NCBI GenBank assembly: GCA_964016885.1
Contig: OZ024757.1
Span: 30,256,001 to 30,320,000, forward strand
From: Eledone cirrhosa
Lineage: Eukaryota
DNA length: 64,000 bases
Direction: 5' to 3'
Position numbers and translations under genes: made by a program. The notes beneath the pieces are model-generated. The model worked only from the letters and a program-made list of their open reading frames with translations, ran no database searches and was not told the DNA's origin. This document shows positions 1 through 14,100 of the stretch, in pieces; the stretch's first letter is position 1; each line of letters starts with the position of its first letter.

Positions 1-611
1 AGCTGTTTATAGCTATGCTGTGGCCACACTTAGAATTTGCATCACCAGTCTGGAACCCCTATCTTGCTCAGAACATTGACCGCCTGGAAACTGTTCAGAG
101 ACCTGCAACCAAGCAAATACCCTCCATCAGGCATCTACCATACTCTTAACGCCTTGCTTCCCTGGGCATGGATACATTGAAGCTCCGACATTTGGCAACT
201 GACTTGGTAAACACCCACAAAGTTATTAACCATCTTGCCAACAACAACCCTGAGCACCTTTTTGAATTCCATGTGTCTAACACATGTGGGCATGCCTACA
301 AAATCAGAAAATGGCATAGCTCCCATGACTTTCGGAAACATTTTTTCATGCTCAGAGTTGCTGAAGCATGGAACAAACTACCTGCATCAGTTGTGAGCTG
401 CCAAGACACTGCATCCTTTAAAACCTCCATGCTTCCTGAGATTCGCCAACACTACATCTGATATCTCCCCTCCATACACGCGCACACATGTATGTCGTAA
501 CTCATTCACTGTTCACTTTCCTGACATTTCTACATTATTCTATGTACTATACATGAACCTTTGATGAGTTGTAGTCCACCTGAGCACTACACAATAATTT
601 CATTATCATTT
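1..611 (+). mobile_element. CR1-clade LINE 3' fragment (ORF2 C-terminus plus 3' UTR), decayed
   Basis: Frame 3 reads LWPHLEFASPVWNPYLAQNIDRLETVQRPATK...PYS*RLASLGMDTLKLR...RKHFFMLRVAEAWNKLP, matching the CR1/L2 ORF2 C-terminal pattern; in-frame TAA at 147; ends in a CATT-type tail. Confidence 0.85.
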
Positions 612-619
612 TATAAAAA

Positions 620-850
620 GATCAACTCGTGGGATGAGTAGGTTATGATTGGAAGAAAGGTTGGCTGGTAAGAGAAGCAGAGGCCAACAGCCAAAACGAT
701 GGCTTGATAATGTCAACCTATAGACTGGACTTGATCTTTGGTTTTTAAACTCTGCTGTTGGTGATCAAACTTTGTGGAGAAAAAATATCTCAGGCTGATG
801 TGCAGTCTGCAACTGGCAGTGTTTAGCTTCTGACGAGTGAGTTTGTGATC
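620..850 (+). mobile_element. RTE-clade LINE 3' fragment
   Basis: Translates as LEERLAGKRSRGQQPKRWLDNV, the RTE C-terminal G-x-R-x-RGRP-x-x-W-x-D motif; boundaries approximate. Confidence 0.55.
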
Positions 851-1184
851 GATAATCGATTACATAGATTGATTTTAAATTACAGTCTACCTATCACAAA
901 ATAGCACTATCGGAAATTTTACTGATTCCATCTAGAGTATATATTCCTCTTTGAAATATTTGCTTTGTATATATACATAATATCTTGTGTATTGTCTATG
1001 ATATATGGTACTTGTTTCTCTCTCTCGCTCTGTAAATATATATATCTTTTACATTTGATTTATTATGGCTCTGGACAAAATCTATTGCACTTGTTTATTG
1101 AGAAGCACAAAAATTAAACATATTGGATATGTTTTGATTCCTCACATTTGTGTATATATGTATATATATATGTGTGTGTGTGTG

Positions 1185-1445
1185 TGATCATCATTTTATG
1201 TCCGCTTTTCCCTACTTGCAAGGGTGTGATGGGTCCCTTTCAGCATAGCATCTTTCCATTTGTGAGCTTCAACGATCTAAGGTCAGCTCTCACCACCTGC
1301 ACCCAAGGCTTCCGTGGTCTTCCTCTACTGTGTCTTCCTTCCACTGGAATTACCTGGCACTTCTTCACCCAGCAGTCATCATCGATTTGTTTTACCCTAA
1401 CCCTAATTGCTCCTCTCCAGATCATCCCCTTAACCTTTGTAAAGG
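1185..1445 (-). mobile_element. RTE-clade LINE 3' fragment
   Basis: ORF 1240-1425 contains VEGRHSRGRPRKPWVQVVRADL; followed by the GCAAGTAGGGAAAAGCGGAC...ATGATGAT tail shared with local SINEs. Confidence 0.7.
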
Positions 1446-2029
1446 TATTATATTATGTATATATTCATATATATATGTATATATGAATTATGTGTACAAT
1501 ATTATGTATATATTATTATTATGTATATAATATTATGTATACATTCATATATGTATGTATATATGTATACATAATATATTATGTATATATAATATATACA
1601 TAATATATGTATGTGTATATAATATGTACATTATATATGTATGTGTATATAATATATACATATTATATGAAAAAAAGAAAATGTTCACTCTACATGCCAA
1701 CACAAGAGCAAGAATGAAGAGTTCATTCTACTGACATGGCTATAAAAATGAGACTTGTTTGCATAATTGCAAACAAATCGAATGTTATTATTAATAGTCG
1801 AAATATTATATTATATGTATTTCTATATAATATGTGTGTGTGTGTGTGTATATATAAGTAGAAGATAAATGTATATATATATATAAATGAATGTATGTAT
1901 AGTATATTTGGCAAGATACTGTATGTTTAATTAGAAACATTTTAAAGACCATTTGCTATGAGTTTTAAAGTAGTGACTATGTCACTTACTTATTCTCAGC
2001 AAAAACAATATATATATATATATATAGTC

Positions 2030-2215
2030 AGGTCACTCTTGGGTGCTCCTGGTAACATGTAACCTAGTACAACCTGCCACAAGGTTGGGTCGTCGGTGAC
2101 TAAACCAGCACCAAGCTTGCTTTCTTAGTGAGGACGAGATATTTGGACACCCTGCAAGTTGAAAAACAAAACCTGTCAAAGAGCAGAGGAACTCATGAGA
2201 GTTAAAACCCATACA
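2030..2215 (+). repeat. Interspersed repeat inserted in (TA)n; longer related copy at 47528-47900
   Basis: GGTCACTCTT...CTGGTAACATGTAACC(T/C)AGTACAACCTG...GGACACCC...GAAAAACAAAACC(T/C)GTCAAA shared between the two loci. Confidence 0.7.
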
Positions 2216-2380
2216 ATTCTGTGTTCATATGTATATATCTTTATATAACTTCATATAATTTAATATATCCCCATTATTAACTTTTAAAATTTTAATATAT
2301 ATCATCACTATCATTATATATATATATATTTATATATACATATATGTGTGTATATATATATATATACATTTATATTCACA

Positions 2381-2412
<32 letters not shown>

Positions 2413-3561
2413 CCCACACATATATAGATATGTGTTATGTATAATATTTGCGTGTGTGTAGGTCTTTGCTTCTCTCGTACAATTCCCTCCCCTTTGACCG
2501 TAAAATTTCCTCGATTGTAATAGATTTTCTCATCAACCATTTAACATTTTCCAGGCTAATTTCTCAGTATTACCGCTACTTATATATAATACACATTACT
2601 AATCTACTTGATAGGTGTCTAGTGCTCTACTGACTCGAATATTTATAGTAAAAATAAAAACGATGTTCTGTAATTAAACCTATTACAACGCATTATAGTA
2701 AATAAACTATCACCCTAATCATATTCCAATATATATACTCAGTCAAACATATACTTAGATTATTTCCTAATGGAACCATCCTGTTTTTTTATTCTGTGAT
2801 TCAATAACTACATTATCTAATCTTTCTTTCCTTTTTGAAATGCTAGGATGTAAACTAAGAAATATTTGGCTGTTATTTTTTGTGGTTCGAATGTCCATGT
2901 AAGGGCTTCCATCTTCGTTCATGGATTTAAAAACAATTCATTTTTATTTGTATCATTAAATTAAAGCTACTTTTAAATACTATATTTAAAATAGAATTTA
3001 GTAATTTCAAGCCTGAAACTTCGAAATATTTTCTTAATATATTTACCTCTATTTTAATTATTAAAAGAGATTGTTTATAATATTTATTTTCACCACGTGG
3101 TTAGTTTTTATTTGCACAGGAAAACAAGATTCTTTTAAAAGTGATTTCTGTTCTAAAAACATTACTTTTTGCATTAAGTAAAGAATTTTATTTCAGTTTA
3201 TTTTTAGAGTTTTTCAAGATATACATGTTATTCTTTTTCATTTATTATTAGATGATAAAGTTTAAGAAAGTTTCATGTCGTCAGGGAGAAAATCCAACAT
3301 GTCGACCGGTTTTCTAAAATTTGGTTGGGAACAGAAGACAGTTGACTGTTCTCATATATATTAATTGTAAGGGACTATTCTGAGTTTCTGACTCAATTTA
3401 TACTTTTGATATATATATATAGAAACAATTTAGAGAGAAAGAATGTGTTTTCAATTACAGGGGTATCCTTGACTTCGTTGTTTCATTTGATTTATATATA
3501 TAAACAAGAAGTGTAAATCAACAGGTTCGAATTAACTTCGTTTATTCATATTCGGTGTTTT

Positions 3562-3613
<52 letters not shown>

Positions 3614-3703
3614 AGAGTTAAGATGTTACAGAGGAGATTTATTGCTCGATCCTGGTTACAAATGTTTCTCAAGCAATCGGCTGCACATACATTTATATAT
3701 ATA

Positions 3704-4030
3704 ATAGTAATAATTGTTTCTACTTTAGGCACAAGGCCAGCAAAATTCCAGTGCATTACTGGTACTTTATTATATATATATATATATATAATAGTAATAA
3801 TGATTTCTTATATAGGCACAAGGCCAGCAATTTTAGGGGAGGAGAAAGTCGATTAAATCGACTCCAGGTCGTTACGTTTATTTTATCGACCTCATAAGGA
3901 TAAGAGGCAAAGTTAATAATAATAATTGTTTCTACTTTAGGCACAAGGCCAGCAAGTTTCCAGTGCATTACTGGTACTTTATTTTATCGACCCCGGAAGG
4001 ATGAAAGGCAAAGTCAACCTCGGCGGGATA
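3704..4030 (-). mobile_element. tRNA-derived SINE family A, tandem partial copies
   Basis: Recurrent unit (+ strand) TTTCTACTTTAGGCACAAGGCCAGCAATT...GGTACTTTATTTTATCGACCCCGTAAGGATGAAAGGCAAAGTTAACCTCGGCGGGATTTGAACTCAG. Full copies read on the - strand show A box TGGCAGTATCGG and B box GTTCAAATCC. Core GCCTTTCATCCTT..GGGGTCGATAAAAT resembles the Meta/MESC SINE core (from memory). Confidence 0.8.
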
Positions 4031-5399
4031 TACACATATGTATATGTGTGATCTCGGTCTTAAGTTTTGCTCGATGACCGAAAGGGTTAAAATAATCAAA
4101 AGAATTAAATTAATTCAATAATCAGAGCTATTCAAATTATATATTATATATGTAATATGAGAATAGTCAGCTGTCGTTTGTTCCAACCAAATTTTATGTA
4201 ATATCAACATCTTTTTTACTGTTATTCTTATATATATATATATATATATATAGGAACGAGTAGGACCCCGACGGCTGAGCTCAAGCCGTTTCGACGGCTA
4301 ATTCTGGACTAAAATTATTACCCACTCATTGAGTACTTTGGTGCGTTATGGTCCACCTGGTTCCTTACAATATTTCCTTCGTTATATATATATATATATA
4401 TAGTAATCCACCTGGTTGCGGACAGGCTGATAACATTATTACAACTCAATATTGTCGGTTGAAGCTAGATTCGGCAGTGTGGTCGGTAGCTTTTGTGGTA
4501 GGTGATCAAACACATGTAAACCTGTGGCAGGTTTACATATATGTGTTTGTGCATAGAACAATAAAAACAGAAGTCAGGTGTAGATAGATAGTTCATAGGA
4601 TATATTTTATTTTATCAAGGTGTATAATAATATAATTCATTGAACAATAATGATAAAGGGAAAAAAAGGGTGGAGGTCAATTCACCACTAAGTGCAACAA
4701 TTGGCCGTACCTCACACCTTAGGGGATAACTACACACTTTCAGTTCATTGTTTTACGATCGTTTCAAGGAGTTGATTGATCGATGGAGTTCGGTGTATCA
4801 ACTAGCATCTTAGTGGTTGACTCTACCTATTTCTAGTCTCGAAAACCCTGTTCAATATAGTATAATTAAAATTTCATACACTTAAACATGTATGTGTGGA
4901 GTCTAGTTATGTTATGGCCACCACTGTTCTGGTGACCGATGAAAGGCCTGTCTTAAAACAGTTCCTCCACTATACAGTGGTGGCCATAACTGGACCCCAA
5001 AACCTAAGGTCATGCATACATGTCAAGTGTATGAAATTTTAATTATACTAAATAAGCTCTCTTGCATTAGATTAAGTATTGTTTTCCTCAGCCTTTTATA
5101 TACGTATCATCATCATCATCATCATTTTACGTACGCTTTTCCCTGCTTGCTTGCAAGGAAAAGCGGACGTATATATATATATATATATATATAATGTAGT
5201 TATGTTTATTAATTACTGTAGGTGAATCATTATTAGCACGCAATGCTAATTTAAACGGGGTGCTTCCAATAGAGAGAGAGTGTTCTGTTCAGGAATGAAT
5301 TTAAGATATTTAAAATTGAAACTTCATTCTCTCATGCATAACATACACATGCATATGTGTATACATATTATATATATACACACATATGCATTAAAGAAC

Positions 5400-5733
5400 G
5401 TGGTCATGTAGGTGTTATAAACCGCACCTAACCCACCCTGGAAAGTGGTCGTATTGTTGATATGATAAAAAGCACCCAGTCCACTCTGTAAAGTGGTCAT
5501 GCTGGTGACACAATAAAAAGTACCCAGTCCAACCTGTCAGTTGTGTTGGTGCCACAATAAAAAGCACCCAGTCCACATTGTAAAAGTGGTTGATGTTAGG
5601 ATAGGCATCCAGTCATAGAAACGAAGCCAGAAACAGTTCTATATGTGCAAGACACTTTCACCTGATATGACTTGTCCCACAATGCGACAACTCGTCTAAC
5701 CCATGGATGCTAGTGTAGAAAATGGATGTTAAA
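5400..5733 (+). mobile_element. SINE family B (AAAAAGCACCCAGTCCAC unit, RTE-type tail)
   Basis: Repeated AAAAAGCACCCAGTCCAC..GTAAAGTGGT unit, then GTTAGGAAGGGCATCCAG and AACCCATGCTAGC..GGAA..TGGACG tail. Related copies at ~7725-7985, 8240-8440, 10880-11085, 13260-13535, 15800-15960, 47330-47510, 60000-60120 (-), 63045-63245. Confidence 0.75.
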
Positions 5734-6143
5734 TAGGAACATAACCTCCCGGGATTCGTGGAGGTTATGTTCCTAGAGCACGCCGTGAAGAGTGAAAAAA
5801 CGTGAAAATTGGATGCGGTCAATAAAAATGCCTATAAACATCAAAACCTAACATAAAATATAGGCCGGCAAATACAGTCTATTGTTAATAATTTAGTGTG
5901 AAAAAATATATATTGCTATGATAAAAGCCATTAAAAAATGGCGGAAGATATTTACGATTCCGTGAATATGCAATGATTACCACGAATAATTATTAGTTAG
6001 GTGCTAAGGAAAATCGCAAATAACCAGGAACGCAAATGTCAGAGGTACACTGTACTGCTGGCATTATAGAAATATAGAACAAAGCAGTTTGTTTTTTTTA
6101 TGAATAAAATATTTATTTATTTATTTAATTAGGTTTTAGTTTA

Positions 6144-6261
6144 TTATTTTTCTAAAGATGGTGCCTGTTTTTGGATGAGTTTTTTCAGCTGAGGAAATGT
6201 GTCGTCTTTGAGAGTTTTACGAATGGCAGCAAAATAACTGAAATAATGGTTAAAGTTATGT
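6144..6261 (-). CDS. QTRT2: QTRT2 last coding exon
   Basis: tttcag|A CAT AAC TTT...: [38 protein letters not shown]; AATAAA signals immediately downstream. Confidence 0.9.
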
Positions 6262-9200
6262 CTGAAATAGAAGAAATAATGAAATAATGAGTAAAGTTGT
6301 GCTTGCAACAGGAGAAATAAATGTTTCTAATTTAAACACAAGGCCAGCAATTTTGCGGGGTTTTGCTTTTTTGCGTGAGCAGGGATAGTCGATTATATTG
6401 TCCCCAGTTCTTGACTCATATGTTTACGTATGGACCCTTAACTTTTGGCGGAGACATAGGGGCACCATAGTGACATACATGTCATGGGCAGAAATGAGAG
6501 AATTCTGACTGGATATGGCCAGTTTAACCCTTTAACATTTACATTACTCTATATTTACTATTGTATTTTCACAGTAAACACTTTACTTCAAATAATTATC
6601 TCACATAATATCGAATCTACGAGATTTTGATATTATTTTGAGAACAATACCTTAACATCAGTATTAGCAGTCAGTTATGGCTGGTTTGAACAGAGGTGAG
6701 AGAATTCTGGCCAGATACAGCCAGTTTAAATGCCTGGCAGAGCACATCCCTCTCTAAGTCTGAACACAGCTGATTTCTTCCAGAGACAGAGACAGAGTGA
6801 TAGAGAGGAAGTGAGAAAGAGATATAGAGGAAAAATCCATCCCAGTACTTGACTGGTTCTTTTAGTTATCAACCTCGGAAAGGAAGGATGAAAAGCAAAG
6901 TTAACCTCGGCAGGATTGTGGAGTCAGAATAAATGTGATAAAGCATTTTTCCTGATGCTCTACTGATTATGCCAATCCATTTCCCTTGGTTTTATGATAC
7001 AAAACTACTAAACTAAAAAGTCTGTCTTAAGCCAGAATACTTGTTAGGCCAGTGCTTAACCTGGTTTCATGGCGTGAAGCGACTGAGAGTACAAAACGCT
7101 CCCTTGGACAGGACGCCAGTCCATCGCAGGGTTAAACCCCCAGCTATTGCTGGTGCTTATTTTCAGCTGAGTATAGTGGAGCAACGTGAAATGACGCACC
7201 CGAGCCCAGGAATCAAACCCACATTATTATGAGCATAAGACCAACACCCTTACCACTAGGCTACACGCTTCTATGAATACAAAACAAGATGAAATATATT
7301 CTGCTATACATACAACATGAGAAGAACACTAGCCAGGATCTCCGTTGTTTTGAGGAGATGATTGATGTAGGCTCTTGTGAAATTGGTACAAGTGTAACAG
7401 CCACAGTTGTCCAAGATGGGAGAGAAATCGCTAGTAAAACTGCAAGAAAACATCAAAGAAATTGGTTAAAAGGGTTGACACCTGGAATGATATCTACCTG
7501 TAAACCCCAGTCACATAAAGAACTCCATCTATATATAAATTTGAGCAACTTCTGTCTGTCAAACAATCTGTTTGTGAGTGTGGTTGTGTGAACGTATGTA
7601 TGTGTAAAAGGAAGGAAGGGGATGGTGAAAAAACTATAGCAAAACAGCGGCTGGCGTTCCATTTCCTATGCTGTGTGTGAGAGTATGTGTGTATTTGTGT
7701 GAATGTATGTCAGTGTATTTTTTGCAAAGTGGTCGTGTAGATGTCACGACAAAAAAGCACCCAGACCACAATGTAAAGTGGACGTGTAGGAGCCACAGGA
7801 AAAAAGCACCCAGCACTCACTGTAAATGAGGTTGGTGTTAGGAAGGACATCCAGCTGTAGAAATCAAGCCAAAATCAATTTCCATATGAGCAAGACAAGG
7901 TCACCCAACCTAACATTGCCCACAACAGGACAACCCGTCTAACCCATGCTAGCGTGGAAGAATGGATGTAAAACGGTGATGATGCTGATGGTGTCTGTGT
8001 ATATATTTATATACTCATACATATAAATGTATGCGTACACATACACATATACACACACATACACATACGTGTCAGCATGTTGGAAAAAATTCTTGTGGTG
8101 AGTGTAAAGCCTGTCTATTTGCTAGCCTCATGTTTCATCCCTTCTGCTTTCTCAACACAAGCCAAAAATTAACCAAATGTTTCAAAGTCAAGGATAAGGG
8201 CCTATTTCAGGTACTGTCAGCTGGAGCCAGTTCAGCTGTGCTGGTGACATGACGAAAAGCACCCAGTCCACACTGTACCGTGGTTGGTGTTAGGAAAGGC
8301 ATCCAGCCATAGAGACCTAGCCAAAATACAGATCCGTTAGAGCAAGTTACGGTTACTTTACCTAAATTGTCTTATAATCTGTCAACCCATCTAACCCATG
8401 CAAGCATAGATAAATGGACATCAAACAATGGTGATGATGGTTCTGCTATGAGTTGACTTGTAAATAGACAATAACTGTACAAACCTCTTTAGAAAACTAA
8501 CATTATCCAGTGAAAGCAAAAATTATTTTAACAGTAAATATATCTTTAAAATACCTTGAATCCGAAAGATTTATTTCAAAAGATTTCAAACAAGATTCTT
8601 TGTCATTATATTCCTCCAGAGATTTACTTAAGTGAAAATTGAAAACCAGGGCTGCTCCCCTTTCTGTAGCTAGGTAGGGATATCTGAAGGACTATATTAA
8701 GGATTTGATACAAAACAAAACTATTAAAATGTATCTGTACAGAAAGAGTACAACATAACACAGAACTACAACTATATTGGAAGAAAGGTGGGCAGTTATT
8801 GATAATAATTGTTTCTACTTTTGGCTCAAGGCCAGCAATTACGCAGTACATTACTGGTACTTTATTTTATCGACCCTGTAAGGATGAAAGGCAAAGTTAA
8901 TCTCGGCAAGATTTGAACTGTCCGTAAGGGGACGTAACTCTATGCTGAAAGCATGGTGTCCTACTCTCTACCAATACTGCCAATCTACCGCAATTATTGA
9001 TAATAATTGTTTCTACTATTGGCACAAGGCCAGCAATTACCCAGTACATTACTGGTACTTTATTTTATCAACCCCGTAAGGATAAAAGGCAAAGTTAACC
9101 TCAGCGGGATTTGTACTCAGAATGGCAAGGGCTGTAACTCTATGCGTCAAAGCATGGCGTCCGACCCTCTACCGATACTGCCAATTCACCTAATAATTGT

Positions 9201-10320
9201 TTCGACTTTTGGCACAAGGCCAGCAATTACCCAGTACATTACTGGTACTTTATTTTATCGACCCCGTAAGGATGAAGGCAAAGTTAACCTCGGCGGGATT
9301 TGAACTCAGAGAAATACAATTATACAGGCTTTTTCTGTTAATGTCAACACCTCATATGCAAGGGTCTGCTGACTATGAAGGATTGATGCTAGGGCTGTGG
9401 AATCTTGCATGCATTAATTTCAACTCTTCTTATTAATAACTGCATTGTTTCTTTCAAGGGACTATATTGAAAAATAAACCTCTTTTGGTCATTCAATGAG
9501 AATATCTTGGTCATCCTATGAAAAATGGCCTTAAAACGTTTGTTGTTGTTGTTGTATAAATAATCTGAGTATAAAAGAGAAAGGGTACAGAGACTGACTA
9601 ATTCCTTATAAGGTGAAAAGAAAGGATACGAGCTGTCAAATATATCAATTCCTTGTTCAACAGCTTCTAGAACTTTCACAGGTGTCCACAATGATTGCAT
9701 CAGACGAGGCTTGTCTTCAGGTAAATTGCTCTGCCAAAAGAAAAAGAAATCCAGAAAGACAACTGATAATTTAAATATTTGTAAAAAAATATATATAAAT
9801 GCAATCATCATCATCATTACCATCACTGTTTTAAATCGAATTGGTTTTTCTATGCTGGCATGGGTATATGTTAAAAACTTTTAAATTACCAAAGAGAGAG
9901 AAAGAAAATGATCAACAAGATCTCCAGGTGTAAGGGAACAAATATTATTGATAGACACGAGGATCATCCCCTACCCCATGTGTAAAAGATCAAATTTCAT
10001 TGACAAGCAAGGGGGTTTCTCTGCTGATGTCACCACACACTTTCTGTACCACTTGTAACAACTCACACACGACCTGACAGAAGCTCTATGTAGTGATTAA
10101 ACATGTAAAAAATTGCAACCAAATCCCCAACCACTTTAAAAGCAAGTGTTCTCTAGTATAAAGGGGTCACAAAGGGTTTTCTAGTGCAAGGGGACAACAT
10201 TTTAAGACTTACAATCACATGGTCTAATACTTCATTCATTTTCTCGATTGTAACATTTTCTGATGTGGGTCCGTAGCGATGCAGTCCTTCTATCACAAAA
10301 CCTGGAAGTAAACAACATAT

Positions 10321-10372
<52 letters not shown>

Positions 10373-11082
10373 CAAGGAACAACAAACAGAGGTACAAAAA
10401 GTATTATTAGTTTCACGCTTTATATGGAAAAACAGAAAGAAAGTTTAACGTGTCAGGCTTTAGCCCTTCTTCAGGAGTACAAAAATATACACAGGATCAC
10501 AAAGGAAATATATATATATACAACATATATAGAAGCTTGCCGAACAAGGGGTTGGAAGGACTCTTCAGTTTGTGTCAAAAGACATGACAACTTCTGCTCT
10601 GTACTCAATATGACCATATGTGAGCAGGATACAGACCTCTCACTCTGTCTAAGTAAACCAGTCCAACCCTTACTAACAGGGAAAGCAGATGTTAAATAAC
10701 AATGATATATATATACATACAAACAAAATATCTACAAATATACAATGAATATATATATATGTATAACATATCTATTATAAATATATACACTATATATTTA
10801 GATATATAAACAGATCTGTCCAAGCTAGACTCACATGACAACTTTTCTAACCCATGCCAGCATGAAGGAGATGAACATTAAACAGTGTAGGCAACACGGT
10901 AAAAACCTCCCAGCCCCACACTGTAAATGTGGTTGGTGTTAGGAAGGGCATCCAACTGTAGAAAACCCGCCAGACAGTCCTATGCGAGCAAGACAACCAC
11001 TCTTGCCTCAAGTGGGAAAACCCCCGTCCAAACCCATGCAAGCGTGGAACACGGACGCTAAACCTGATGATGATGATGATGA

Positions 11083-11132
<50 letters not shown>

Positions 11133-14100
11133 ACACACAGAATGGGCGATATGGACTTCTATCAGTTTCAATAATGAATAATCCTGATCTTTTATCAATC
11201 AATGGAACAACCTGCTCATGAAATTAATATGAAAGTAACTGAACATTCCACAGACACATATACCCTCTCTTCAACGTTGGAAATGATGGAGACACACATA
11301 CAGACACATAGACACATGTACCTCTACTATTTTGTTATTCAAAGTTAATAAATTTTCATACCTTGAACTGCTCTAGCAGCTGTATTTTTTGCTGATCTTT
11401 CTCGTTCTCTCTTCAAAAAACCTCCCTCAATTACACCAAAAACAGCTGTATTTTTCAATCTCTGAAATTAAATAAATATTTTAATATTTTTTATATAATA
11501 CCTTTTCCAAATGTTAACTCTTTAGCATTTAAACCGGCCATATCTGGCTAGAATTCCCTCACCCTTGCCTATTTCTCATTCTCTTCTTCTCTGGAAGAAA
11601 TCAGCTGTGTTCGGTCAGACCTGGAAAGGGAATGGGCTCCACCAGATTTTTTTTTTAAATAGCCAAGAAACAATGCATAACACTACGGTGCTCCTACAAC
11701 TTCATCGGGAGTTTAACCCTTTAGCATCTAAACCGGTCATATCCGGCCAGAATTCTCTCACTTCTTTCTGTTCAAATCAGCTGTAATTGGCCACTCAAAC
11801 TGATGTTAAGGTATTGTTCTCAACATAAATAATATCAAAATCTCATAGATTCAATATTATGTGAGGTAAAGTCTTTACCATGAAAATACAATAGTATATA
11901 TAGAGTAATGTAAATGCTAAAGGATTAAACTAGCCATATCCAGCCAGAATTCTCTCACTTCTTTCTGTTCAAACCAGCTGTAACCAGCCACTCATACTGA
12001 TGTTAAAGTATTGTTCTCAACATAAATAATATCAAATTCTCATAGACTCGATATTATGTGAGGTAAAATCTTACCATGAAAATATGGTAGTAAATATAGA
12101 GTAATGTAAATGCTAAAGGGTTAAATATAATCTTATGTATATGTGTATATAAATATTTGGGTCAATATGATTGACTAAATATTTTCACGCCTGATGCCCC
12201 AGCATGGCCATAGTTTACTGACTGAAACCAGTAGTAAGAGAAGAGTAAAGAAAGAAACATGTAAACACTCACCGGCGACTTACTGTGTCTTTCTAAGATT
12301 TCATCTAAGAAATCCAAGGTTCTGTCCACTGAGTTCTTGGTACGTCTAGCACTGCTGCTCAGTTCCGTGTCACCATCACTGAGAGCTTGGTAAAAATCTG
12401 GTACCATAGCTTCCATTGACTTCATGAAAAGCTCAACATCAACCTACATGAAATAAAAAAAACAATATATACTCCTGTCCTCAGGTGGGACCAATGCCTT
12501 ATGAACGAAATTTGCTATAAAATAAAATTGGAACTTCGTCAGTCACAACGACAAACATTTTATAGAAATATGGTAATGAAAGCATTAAACATCACATATA
12601 CAGGTAAAATTCCATTATAACGAATACCATTATAACAAATTTTTCAGTATAATAACATTTTTGTTTAATCACCAAGGTAATAACAAACAAATGCTCGATT
12701 TGTTTTGCCTTATCTCGTTATAAAGAAATTTTCATTACAATTTTATCCCCTGTGAATTTCGTTATAATGGAATTTCACTGTACTTACCATATTTCCCGTC
12801 CTCGAGGACGCACCCTAATTTTGACAAGCAAAGCTTTGAAAAAAAGTAGCTTCGGGCTCCAGGACGCATGGTAAATTTTTGAAACTTATTTTAGGAAAAA
12901 AGTAGCGTCTTTGACACCAGGAAATATAGTATATTTAATTCAAGAATATTGTGTTATTTTACCTTTGTTTTTCCACTCTTACTCCAAACTGCCACACTAT
13001 TTTTATCATTGTAACCAGAAGGAACTTCTGCAGCAGGATCTTGAATTGAAGCATATATGGAACCATACTGTAATGGAAAACAACAAGAAAAATGCATTTT
13101 AGCCTTTCTTCTGGCATGATAAAAAGTATTCGGTAGAGCGTGGAAATGTATCTATTGTGTGTGAGATGCAGGCTCCTGGCCTGCCTGAGCACCTGATTGA
13201 ATGCAGGAATGTAAGTAATTCATGAAGATATTTTGTTTGTATATATATATATATATCAGAGAACATCCAGTCCACACTAAAGTGGTTGTGTAGGTGTCAC
13301 GGCAAAAGGCACACGGTCCACACTATAAAGTGGTCATGTAGGAAACGCGGTAAAAAGACTCCCAGTCCACACTGTAAATGTGGTTGGCGTTAGGAAGGGC
13401 ATCCAGCCGTAGAAAACCTACCAGATACAGTCCTATACAAGTGAGACAGGGTCACCCAATTAATCTTGCCTCAAGGGGGACAATTCCCATCTAACCCATG
13501 CTAGCATGGAAGATAGACGTTAAACGATGATGATATATCATTGGTATTTAACATCCGCTTTCCCTGCTAGCAAGGGTTGGACTGGTCTACATAGACCAAC
13601 TCAGTACTGAACTAGGGCTACTGACTTCCTAGACACAGTGAAGGCTCTGCATCCTGCTTACGTATGGTCGTTGATGAAGGGCCCCAACTCATCTGAGAGG
13701 TCAGTAACACCATCTGGCAACTCTTTGTCTGTGACGACTCAACCAACTCTTACAAACAGCGAAAACAGATGATGATGGTGGTGATGGTGGCGACGACAAT
13801 GATTAAATAAATAGATAGATAAAAGAGATAAAAAAGGAAAAAACTTACTTCTAGCGAGGCAAACTGTTTAATGCCTTTACCAAAGTACTCTAATGTTTCT
13901 TGATGTTCAACACTAAAACAGAAGAAAGGTGGTTAGTGTGGTATCTTGTTAATTTCCTTAACCCTTTAGCATTTAAACTAGCTGTATTCAGCCAGAATTC
14001 TCTCACCTCTTTCTGTTCAAACTGGCCATAACCGTCTGCTCATACTAGTGTTAAGGTATTGTTCTCAAAATAAATAATATCAAAATCTCATAGATTCAAT

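Noticed and set aside
9389-9629. Read-through extension of the QTRT2 exon ([10 protein letters not shown]...)
   Set aside because: Homology resumes only at 8683 via the U12 splice; the extension is intron.
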